Below, one piece after another: positions 31,271 to 42,762 of a DNA stretch of 42,762 bases. A program made the translations under genes and the position numbers. The notes beneath the pieces were generated by a model that did not search any database, was not told where the DNA came from, and saw only the letters and a list, made by a program, of their open reading frames with translations. The number at the start of each line of letters is the position of its first letter. Within the stretch, counting starts at the first letter, position 1. The DNA comes from Trichosphaerium sp. ATCC 40318 (lineage: Eukaryota > Protista > Tubulinea): contig JALMLS010000457.1 of the NCBI GenBank assembly GCA_038496445.1, positions 1-42,762 on the forward strand, written 5' to 3'.

Positions 31271-31635
31271 TATTTACTTTTAAATATGTAATAATATACA
31301 GGTCTGCGTTTGCTAAAAAAAGTGTTTCTTTTGGTTTGCAACAACCAGTGATGCTTGTATCGTTATAATATGTTCCCAGTAGCGATCAAAATACTGACAA
31401 AAAAGTTATTGCCGAAGGTACTATTTATGGTCAAAACGTTTTTGTGACGGACTGATTTATTTTGACTTCAGATTCTACTTGTGGAGTTTACAAATCACAC
31501 AGGAATCTATCGGAGATACTCTATCTAGTTTCAGAGGTTGTACTACTTTCCTACAAACTCGAAAAACAGTTATTTAAACAATTTAGCCAAACAAACTGGG
31601 CTAAATCTAAAAAGAAAAACGAAGTTAATTAAATT

Positions 31636-33013
31636 ATGAGTCACGTGATATTCCTTCTATGTATTGTGCTAGTATACGCGGGCTGTACTGCGAGCCAATT
31701 AGCCAAATCTTTCAGCAACGCCACTAGACAGTGCGCCAACAAGCACGTGATATCGTATTCCGTAGTCTCGCTAAAATTCTGCTAGTTCATCAATGCTACC
31801 TGAGATACTAAATGAAAACGACTTCGATACAATACGTAACATGACAACAGGTGATACAATTGGCCACGTGTGGATTAATGCGCGTCGCAACGTCAGCTTA
31901 GACATAACATTTGATTTTTGCGGAAATTGTAGAAGACTTGGTAGAGATTGTGAGCCTTGCAAATATATGCTATCCTCATTTAAATGGCAGAGAAGTGGAA
32001 CATCGTTTTTTGAAACCGACTTGTTCTATTCCGTTCAAAATAATACACAAAAGCTCCTGGAGAAGTACTTTTCCAACCCAGAACCTAGCTTTACCAAGCA
32101 ACAAAATCAAGAGAGATGCCTCATTATGCGCAGCGATGGTACTTCATTATTACTACAAATGGCTGATTGTATAATTAGGCTTCAATGACGTTGGTTGTGA
32201 AAATGCCGTGGCAGGTCCGTTCCAAGTTGTATGTGTTGATATACCTATTTTACCGACGTCAATCGCACCTACTGATACTCCAACAACTGTACCCATGACC
32301 ACAGAAAACCCCACAAACACTCCTGGTTGTCAAGGTTGCTCTTCTCCAATAGTTCCTCCAAAAACTGATGCTGTAGTCATTGGTGGCGTTTTTGTTGTTT
32401 CCGGAACAACTGTAGCACAAGGTCTTAACGATAACTTCTGTACCATCTAAAGGAGTGTAGGTGATGTTGTGTTTTTGGAGGATACTATCCTTGTACTAGC
32501 TGATTCAAACTCTTCAATAACATTAACGGGATGTCCTATTTTTAGTAAGAATGTAGTTATTGATACTACCAGTTTAAAAGTAAGGCATTTCCTTATTTGT
32601 TAATGGCACTAATTTAAAACACTCTAAAAGGAAGTTGGTTCATTGACATTCATTACTTTCAGCGACGATTGTGTGATTGCCAAAGAAAACATCACACTCT
32701 CAGATACGAGAAAGGTATGCTTTCAACAAGGTACGTCATTAACGGATAATAACACAAGTTTATGTGCCACGTGGTTTTCTGACTATTTATAGATACACGT
32801 GGAATGTTAAATATTTTATTCTCGTCATCATGTTCAGAAGAATCAGGTGGTACCGGTTTTCCAATAATACCTGTAGTGGTAGTTGTTGTTCTGGTTGTTT
32901 TATTTGTGATAGTAATATTGTTGTTAACGCTAATCATACCATCATGGCGCAGACGCATTTATCCATACAGCTGGGCAGTGAGGAAAAAAACACTAGCTGG
33001 TACCATGCTGTGA
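31636..33013 (+). CDS. Type I membrane protein: signal peptide, C-type lectin domain, Pro/Thr stalk, beta-rich domain, TM (about 6 exons)
   Basis: MSHVIFLLCIVLVYAG; SFSNATRQC..VWIN..FKW..PEP..ERCL..|GFNDVGC..FQVVC after splicing 32139-32179; PTDTPTT stalk; TM IIPVVVVVVLVVLFVIVILLL. Confidence 0.78.
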
Positions 33014-33149
33014 AAAAATGTGGTCTAGTGAAATAAACAGTACTGTCTTTTAAATAACAAGCGTTGATGTTTTTATTAAATTGCATACATTGTACATGAT
33101 GTTCTATTCTGTTAACTAGAATAGCTTGATTGGCTTTGACAGCTACTTG

Positions 33150-33813
33150 TTACTTAGCCTTGTAGACCTGAGAGGCCTTCAAGGCACCGTTCTTATACCA
33201 TGTTTGGTACTCTCCGTCCTTAACACCATGGAAGTAATTACACTTCATCTTCAATTGGCCATTGTAGTACCACTCCTTTGATTCTCCATGTCGTCTACCG
33301 TTGCTGTAGCAATAGTGTTGACAAATATTAGAGTTCTCATTCCAACGCTTATATTCACCATCCCTTTTACCATTTGTGTAATAACATTGCTCTATTAACA
33401 CACCAGAATCACGCCAACGTTTGTAAAGACCATCAAAGACACCATTGAGATAATTACGGTGTACGCGCATTCTACCACTGTAATAAAACCATTTATAGTC
33501 TCCATGACGTTTACCATGTTTCATGTGTAGAATAAGTGATGGAGTAGATAAGTAGATATCAGGGTAAGAACACAGTTTTTTCGTTTTTATCCATTTTCCA
33601 TGTTTTTCGAAATTGTAGTCAAATCTCGTTGTGGTTGCCGTTCTCTTTGATAATAATGGCCATTTTACAAAGACCTCAAAGTCTAAGTCTATAATATCTA
33701 GCTGTAGCTCCAAAGGAAGGCGTAATAATCCATAATTATCTGTTGTTTGCTAATTTTGTTGTTAGCAGTGCAAGTTTGTGAGCTCTTTCGCTTACATGTT
33801 GTTGTATCGCCAT
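33150..33813 (-). CDS. MORN-variant (YwqK-like) repeat protein with F-box-like N-terminus, 2 exons
   Basis: MAIQQH|QTTDNYGLLRLPLELQLDII; five repeats of GKRHGxYKxWyxnGxLxxxcxY. Confidence 0.8.
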
Positions 33814-34682
33814 TAGATATCAATTACTTAATTTAGATTTTGTGTTTTTACGGACCGATTGAGCCAATAAAAAAGCCAATAATACTACCGTTTAGGTTCC
33901 GCGTCCCTAGTGTGTAAGGTACGTCGTAGATAGGTTTATAGAACTGTTTATTAAGTAGCGCTGACGTAGTCATAACGCGTCAAGGTACATCACAGTGTGG
34001 CGAAACGGTAAATAACAATAGGTGAGAAACGCGAAACCATTTGCACGTAATTTTCAAAACAAATCGTTGTTACTCCAAGCTATGAATGGTCTACTGCGCT
34101 CCTAAACAGTGCCAAACTACGATAGGTGGCTTTTTTTTTTCCGTTTTGAAACAAAAAACACGTGCGCGTTATCTGGTGTTTGTCAAATCTTAGGTTTACG
34201 TCGCTGCATTCTTAGAACAAAAGTAATAATCGAAACAAATGCTGCTACCAATCAAAATGACTGTGTAGAAATGTACTTTGACATATTTAGGAGCGCACTT
34301 GACCATTCATACCTCGATTGAGCAACAGTGATTTGTGTAAAAATTATGGCAATGTAACACAAAACATAGATCAATACCAAGATGATTGATCAAACTGGAT
34401 TAGCAGCAACCACTCAAATATCTGGATACACAACAAGTGGTCAATAAAACAAAATCTAACCTTGCTATTACAAAAGTGTCATTCATTTATTGAAATTACA
34501 CGAATTACAAAAAAAACATAGATCATCAATCCGTGGTAACTTCACGTGCGAAGACAAGCACGTTTGGTTTACAAAAAAAAAGAAGCGCGTCCAACCCTAA
34601 CTTTTTTGGGGAGCTCTTGCTTTTTTCTCGCAATGAAGGGGGTTGTTAAGAAAAAAATAAGAAAACGATGTTGTTCTACCGT

Positions 34683-36855
34683 TTACTTTTTATCTTTTTT
34701 GCTCTTGCTCTTCCTCCTCTTCTTCTTATCTGACTTATCTTTATCTTTTTTGCTAGAGCTCTTTCTTCGCTTCTTAGGTTGTTCCTCTTCATCATCAGCG
34801 TCCTCAGACTTACGTTTTTTGGACTTTTTCTTTTTAGGAGATTCATCGACTTCCATTGCATCTCCAGCAGCTCCAGCGGCTCCAGCTGATTTACTTACAG
34901 ATGCATTAACCTCACGCATAGCGTCAAGGTTCTTTTGTGGTGTTGTGCCGGATTTATAAAATTCAAGGCGTTCTTCGACTTGCTCGTGGAATTTTGTACC
35001 ATATTCGTTTGTAGGAACATCTAGAGAAGTTGTTAACACGATTGTTTCGGATTTTAAACGTAAAGGAAAAAGAGGTAGAATTTGTTACGTACCAGAAAAT
35101 GCGTCAATACGGCATGCCATTGAAGCTTTGTTGGCGAGGACACGGGCAATGCGACCACGATCCTTTTTACGTGCTTTTTGTATGAAAGGAGAGTTGAAGA
35201 TAAGTCCGTATTTTGGTGTGTTACCGCGGGTCTTCAATGCTCTGAAAAGCGCTTTTTCGGCACCCAAAATCTGTAGAGTAGATGCAGGGAGCTTAGCAAG
35301 ACTGGTAAGGGAACCTAAGCGGATAAGTGAGTAGGAAGAAGGGATATAGACAAGTGCTAAGGACGTACCAGCGTGGGAGATAAGTCTGGCGCCAATCAAG
35401 TCACCCATGAGAGTAGCTGTGTTTGGAGCAATCTTGTGGATGCGGTTCTTCAAGTACAATTGAAGAGAAGTTCTGTAATCAGCCAAGGATACGACTTTGT
35501 CGCAAAATCTTGAAATGTTGATCATATCAACAGGACTTACATCAGTACCTACCAGAACGTCAGAAAAAAACACCAAAAAATAAAGCCGTCTACGCGTAAT
35601 GAAATTTGTTGCTCAAAGGCGCGCAAACGCTAGCGAAGGTTTCTAGAAGGAGGCACGCACCCATTGATGAACGCATAGCGGCAACAATTTTATCAGTTGT
35701 TTCTTCGTTTGTGAGTTCTTCAAGGGATGAACGCAATTCATCGACATTCTCCAAAAATTGTGGTCTTCCTTTGATTGTCTTGGCAACGCGTGCGTAGTTG
35801 ATAATATCAGGTACAATTCTGACAAGTTCTGGGAAATGCCATGAATACCATTCTCTACGCGCAACCAATAAGTACAAAAAACGAAAACAACGAATTCGAC
35901 GAGAAAAGACAAACCTTAAAAATTAACGAGTTTTCGCAGCGAAAGGAAAATCTCGCTTCAAAATTAAAAATGTCAAGAAGAAATATTATGTACCTGACGC
36001 GCATAGCAAAAGTGTTAATATCTTTATCAAGTTGATCAATTAAAGCGATAGCTTGGATGATCATGGTGTCATTTTTGTTTACGTTGAACTTTACTTTAGC
36101 ACGGGAGTATGCGTGACCTAGACCACGTTGTGATGATGTAATACCCTCCTAAAGAAACGTTTTAGTCGTTTTTAATTTGAAAAAGAAAAAAAACGTTCAC
36201 AGCGAACTACAAGTCGTCTCGTTTTTGCGGTATGGTTTTTTACGTACAGTGTTAACCTCTTCTTGGTCGAACTCTTTCAAGTATTTTGAGAAATGATGGC
36301 GAACCCAACGAATCATCTCGAAAATTTGTTTTCCGGCTGTGATTTTTACTTTGGATACTTTCTAAGCGGATTTAGCGTTTACACGGCAAAATACAATGTC
36401 ACAAAGTTTTTCTGGAAGACATACGCTTTGAATAGCACCACCAAGCTTCTCCTCCATGACGCCAATAGTAGAGCCTTTTTCAGCGTTCATTTCGATAAAA
36501 TCTTGTAATTTCTGTGGACAGACGCCTATAAATGCGTTGGAGACTAGTTCGCGAAGGTTCCACCAAATTTCTTGCCATCAAAGATGAAAAAATGTAGTAC
36601 CTTCAGAAACGTCGTTTATATTATCAAGGGACTCAGGTTGGCTCTGAAATGCAACGAAAGCGTGTAATTTTACCATTTTCTTGAACTTGCTGTAATCAGC
36701 TCTGGCCTTTTGTACTTCACCAACATTGGTTCCAATCTTCTCTTCTTCTTCCTTTAGGAATAGTGCGTAACCTGCAGCGGACTCAAATAGTAGATAAAAC
36801 ACCTTGGCGTAGTGTGAGAATGTATAGCGAAAAAGACGAAGTATTCACTAACCAT
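34683..36855 (-). CDS. NOP56: Nucleolar protein 56 (box C/D snoRNP), multi-exon
   Basis: [12 protein letters not shown]; [53 protein letters not shown]; [11 protein letters not shown]; [18 protein letters not shown]; KKE/D tail. Confidence 0.93.
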
Positions 36856-37215
36856 GATATATCAATGACAACCAGGTACTCTAGGTGATTGCGAGAAATA
36901 TAAATGTATCAAACGCAAACAGACCCTCTTTGACTGACTTTAACAACCGCCAAAGAGCAACCCAAGCGTAATTTAAAGCCGCTCAGGCGAACTCTTTGCA
37001 CAAGACGAAGGGAAATGCCTTTACACGTTTTTTCTCAGCTGGCACTTTCTGTCAACTTTCTTTGCTGTTTGACTCAACAACAACGTAATGAGGTTAATTT
37101 CGCGCACTTACGAGCGTCTTTTGCATAGTTGTATTTCAGAAGCGCCAAAAGAGGCGTTGTACAACCACTATTTAATTACAATTCCACAACTACTCAAACA
37201 AATGATACAGCCGTT

Positions 37216-38339
<1,124 letters not shown>

Positions 38340-38691
38340 TCATTTCTTTCGCTTTGACTGTGTAGTGATCCAATACCCTCCTTCAGTATATACCTTATGT
38401 GTAAGAAAAATGTTGATGAGTCATGCAATTCACGTGTCAAAAACAGCATTGGGTTTTTTTGGACTATGATATTCCTTTTGAAATGCTTAAGTCGCTAGGG
38501 TATGCTTCAACTCTTCGTGTCGTATAATATCCGTAGTACCAACATATGTGTATGGAAGATAAAATGTGATTCGAAAAAACTATGCAACAGATGTCATAAG
38601 GTACTACGATTGGTTCTGAGTTTGTACACATTAGAAAACAATAAGATAAAAGGTACATTAACTAAAGGGAAATAAATTCGTTTATTTCTGT

Positions 38692-39447
38692 TCAAGCAGT
38701 ACAGCTACAATCTCCGTTGTTTGGGAGAATTACATGATCATTGGCACCGTCACCGTCAATTAAAGCGTCACCGTTGAAGCAAAAGTGAAAACTGTTGAAA
38801 ACATAGAATCTGGTAAATCTCCATCCATCGTTGCTGAAATTCTTGACTTCAAGGCCAGTGAGAGATTTCGAAGGGTCTTTGATAGGGGCTGCCATGAAGA
38901 AATGGTCGATAGCACCACTTTGAAAGTCATCAATATTTGTGTCGTCAACGTTAGCACTCCAAGGTGATGTTGTTGTATCGGTGTACACATATCTGTATCG
39001 AATTTGACCATCTGTTTTATCATGCGTTCCAGTGCCGGTTTCAGTCATGATAAACGTATCCATTGTAAGGTGTTCTTTCTCGAGGGTATCTCCTGAAGCA
39101 CCTCCGTTGATCAAGTTACACTGATTCATCATGAATAAGTTACAGATGGAATCCTGGTAACTTGTAAAGAAGTTACATCTTATATCGGCAGTGCACAGTT
39201 GCTCGCATTCTTGTTTTGTTACTGACGTATCTCTAGGGAAGCTACATTCTCCAGGGCCTCCTACCGAGTTACAATGAGTAACTGTTGAGCCTGCAAATGA
39301 GCCATCGCAGTTAACAAAGCGTCCTGCATGCATGTCTTTGCGACATCCTTGACATGTTTCAGTTGAAGCTGTTGCAAGTGGCGTGTAAGTTACAACTGCA
39401 AACGCGAGGGAGATAAGGGATAGAATAATGATGAGTTGTTGTTTCAT
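38692..39447 (-). CDS. Secreted PAN/apple + PLAT-like protein, copy 3
   Basis: Three amino acid differences from copy 2 over 251 aa (S/I in signal peptide, K/E, T/M). Confidence 0.8.
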   Translation of the reverse strand: MKQQLIIILSLISLAFAVVTYTPLATASTETCQGCRKDMHAGRFVNCDGSFAGSTVTHCNSVGGPGECSFPRDTSVTKQECEQLCTADIRCNFFTSYQDSICNLFMMNQCNLINGGASGDTLEKEHLTMDTFIMTETGTGTHDKTDGQIRYRYVYTDTTTSPWSANVDDTNIDDFQSGAIDHFFMAAPIKDPSKSLTGLEVKNFSNDGWRFTRFYVFNSFHFCFNGDALIDGDGANDHVILPNNGDCSCTA

Positions 39448-40779
39448 GTTGTTTGGTGAGAAATTTATGCTTAATTGTGCGTTTTTTGCGGGATTTTCTT
39501 GGCAATGTGATGTCATATAAATTGTTGTGAGATTTCGTTGTTTTCATTTTTTTCTTGTGGATAGAAAGTACCTCACAAAGAATTTTTGTTCGATGTTGAA
39601 ATGCTTTGTTTTTCCTTTTCATTTTAGAGACGGTGGCTACATTTGTTTCAAACCAACCTCATATTTTTGAAATTCAGAGAAGTTTTTTCTCAACCACTCA
39701 AAAACTGTGTTCACGTGATTTTTTAGATCTCAGAACAATTTTAAAAAAATGTACAACCCCAAACAGCATCTATTGAATGGTACTCAGATATTGGGTGGGT
39801 AATCAATAAGGAAAGAATTGAATTTGAACTACAAAGTGTGTCTACGAGTTTTTTCGTGGCTCATTTTCTTCTCAACCAATTCGAACAATAGACAATTAGC
39901 TCCTAATTCTAGTAATAAACCATTTAAACTGAGAGGATCTATTGCCTCACATGAAACTTTGTTTGTGTACGTCTCAAAACTCAGCAATCATTGATTGTAA
40001 ACTGAACACTTGTGCACTGTAATTGTTGAAACTGGTAGTTCTAACTTGCTTTTGTGCTAACATTCATAAAGTCACTTACAAGTAGGTTAGCTAACTGCTA
40101 TTGGCTAGTCATTGTACGAAACATATCTATAAATATCTACAATGAGACCACAATAAAGTGGTGAGCAGTGTCAATGTCGTTTGGAACCTGTTGTGTGAAA
40201 CAATACAAACTCTTTTCGCAAATTATTAACATTGTTACGGAACTGGAATCTTAAATTAAACCTCCTGGCCGTAATGCTCTACAGATACTAGATTCAATAT
40301 TGCCCAAGTTCAAAACTAGCGCGAAGTAACAGTCTTTTGCTCTTCAGTTGGTACTTTAGACTGTAGCTATACGTATATCCAGGTAGAACAAGAGTTTAGA
40401 TAGTTTGAACTCCGTCTCTTGCAAGCCACAAATTAGAGGACATGCATCTCATTGCGATGCTGACCTTCCAATCGTGCCATCTTTGAGATGTTTATTAGTA
40501 CTAGCAAGTACAACAACAGAATTTGCAAGCAGAAGCCACGTGCGGTACTGACCCAAAACGTTTGTATGTACATCTTTGCTGTTCCTATCAACTTGTAAAC
40601 AAACCCAAATATTCGCTTTGCGTTCGGGGCATTGCTCAGGTACATACGTATTTGTGTCGTATAAAGATATTCCTCATTCCGATAGCGGTGTAGTGTTAAT
40701 ACGCTTTTGGCGTAGTGGTTTAAGATGCGACATTTCTTTCCTCCCAAAAGATCATCTCGCAGTCTCAAGTTTACTTTTT

Positions 40780-40920
40780 CTCACTGAGGTAATAGTGCGA
40801 ACCTAACAGCGCTTTTAACCCTTTATCTGTTAACTCTAGTGTACCTGAGGTTAATAGTGTGAACACCTAACAGCGATTTTACACCTTCATCTGTTACTCT
40901 ACAGTTGTAATACAAAAGTA
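40780..40920 (-). pseudogene. Degenerate LRR remnant / ~63-bp tandem repeat
   Basis: CRVTDEGVKSLLGVHTINLRYTRVTDKGLKALLG then frameshift. Confidence 0.6.
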
Positions 40921-41276
40921 TCATTAGCCAATAGCGAATTGACAAAAAACCAGTTACCTGATTCTCTGAACGTATTGATTGCTCGTTTACCTAAAGCCAT
41001 GTCTTTCTTACGAAGAATAAACCAATCTGCTTGTAACAAGTAGTATTAATCTGTAATATGCACCGGAAAAGTTAAGATGCGTTGTCGATAATCATATGTA
41101 GCCCAGTTTCGCGAAAAGTAGTGCATACCCACGTGTCTATCCTTGGCAAAGAAATCACGTATGTCCTGTCAGATGTACACATTTTATTAGTAGCTATTCA
41201 CAACAGCTGTATTATTTGATACAAAATGTACTATTACACTATTTTACAATTTATTTACGTATGTACATTAGTAAGT

Positions 41277-42762
41277 TATTTATTTTTACGAGAACTTAAC
41301 CTTTTTCTTTTCTTTTTTCTGATAGATACAGAGTTTTTACCGCTACCACCAGTATTTAGAAGTTTGTTATGTTTTGCCTTTACAGGTGTTCCATTAAGGG
41401 ATAATAAGATATCTTGAAAGTCGTCTAAATACGCTGTCCATAGGAATAGATTACGTTTTGGTACCCACGTGCAAGAAGCTTTAATACAGTGGCTATAATC
41501 TGACGCCGTTTTAAGTTCTGTTGGTTCATCTAGATAATCATTAATGATGGTACTTTATAGATTTTTCTTGCTTTTTTCTTGCGTTTATGCTTACCTTTAA
41601 TGCTGTCCGTCTTTTCTAGTTCCATATCTGATATTTTTGAGAAGGGGTTACCGATCAGGTCGCATAATTTATAGCTAGGATAAACGTGTAAGACGCATGA
41701 GGAGGTAGAATGAACGTACTCAGTCAAATTTGCAAGAACGTTGTTGGCATATACAATCTTTCCGGCAGTGTTAACTAATGCTACACCAACGTCATTTGTA
41801 GATACTGTCTCAAGCTTCATATCGTCAAGCCTTGATTTAAGGTTAAACTCAAAGACTATCCCAGCTTGCATGTTTCTCCTATGGTGCTGCGTAAGCGGTG
41901 TTCTTTATGCTGTATGAAAAACGCGTACAGTATTGTATCAAACTCCTCGTCTGTGTCAACTTTATATACAGTATTTGCTCGGTTCGTACAACAGCAACCA
42001 ACTTTAAATCTTCGGAACGATGGCGTGTTGTGGGAAAAATGACTTTGTTCTAAAGAAAAAGGAGGTTTAGGACAGATACAATATGACTTGCAAGGTACCT
42101 GTTTAAAAATGATATTAGAGAATCACTTTGTAGGCAAAATGTCATAGCTGTGCTTGCTCTGTAACGCGTTTTTATAACATATCTTTGTTGTGGCTAGATC
42201 CGTAACTAAACACGTGTTAAGAGATGAAGCAAAAGTGTAAAAGAAAACAACCCGTACCTTTTCTCTTTTTCAAGTTCCGAATATGCTTATCCATAAGCTT
42301 TGCTGATGATTTATCCAGGCCTAACGTTTCTCTAATTTGTTTTACACCTAGATTGAAAATTAATATACGTCACGTGAGACAGTGAAGGTTGCGACAGAAG
42401 ACAATGAGGCAACAACAAAATTGAACTTACCCATTTTACATAGTTGTGCACCAGTAATGTTGTGTTTGATAAACAAAGATGAATAGTCAATCATTCCTTT
42501 ACGATCTAAATTATAAAGAGTTAACTCACGTTCCCGTAAGTCAGGAAAAAAACCGGAGGAAACGTTTTTTTTTTTAACGTCATACCTGCCCATTGCAACT
42601 TCTTCACAGCGCCACTGCTTTGGGTTACCAAGTGTGTTTTTTATAATAGTAATATCATGTTGTATACCAAATAGTGTGTTATTAACGTTTTATCTTTCGG
42701 ATCAGCGCGGAGCCCCATTATTTCAAACTTATTCCAAAAGGTATTCCATCCCTACGATAGTT
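41277..42762 (-). CDS. SAM-like plus PAS-like domain protein, multi-exon, 5' end probably outside window
   Basis: NPKQWRCEEVA..L..KGMIDYSSLFIKHNITGAQLCKM..LGL (SAM); VGVALVNTAGKIVYANNVLANLTE..DLIGNPF (PAS); basic C-terminus. Confidence 0.65.

Noticed and set aside
31214-31300. Helitron end explaining the PAN+PLAT duplications
   Set aside because: No subterminal hairpin plus CTRR, no TIRs or TSD recognised
31330-31630. Possible two-exon gene fragment upstream of the lectin gene
   Set aside because: Splice-like signals present but no start codon context or recognisable product
35855-36250. Intronic snoRNAs in NOP56
   Set aside because: The two longest introns have hairpins but I saw no box C/D or H/ACA motifs

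Overview
AT-rich eukaryotic DNA with many short (about 40-130 nt) introns whose donors are usually GTAAGT or GTACGT. It is probably a protist, possibly an amoeba (inference from intron style and gene content). The left two thirds are a transposon pile-up on a filamin-like gene (2 CH domains + 14 Ig-like repeats, minus strand). (1) An intact Ty3/Gypsy element (6824-13712, identical 145-bp LTRs, TSD TATCT, extra 3' ORF) splits a coding exon of the gene. (2) A full-length L1/Tx1-like LINE (14203-28675, poly(A) tail, 18-bp TSD) sits about 100 bp upstream of its ATG. (3) The LINE is interrupted by a second intact Gypsy element (22889-28555, identical 95-bp LTRs, TSD CCGC). (4) It is also interrupted by three sequence-distinct non-coding DNA elements with a shared design: 5'-CAG...CTG-3' ends, 1-2 bp TSD and a private subterminal motif array each. 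The right third holds host genes: two full copies of an intronless secreted PAN+PLAT-like gene in an inverted ~2 kb duplication (a partial third copy lies at 1-243), a C-type lectin membrane protein, an F-box-like/MORN-variant protein, NOP56, DPM1 and a SAM+PAS protein. Best leads: the CAG/CTG element trio, a helical integrase C-terminal domain shared by both Gypsy elements, a possibly spliced env-position ORF, a possibly membrane-anchored filamin, and strong CACGTG over-representation.
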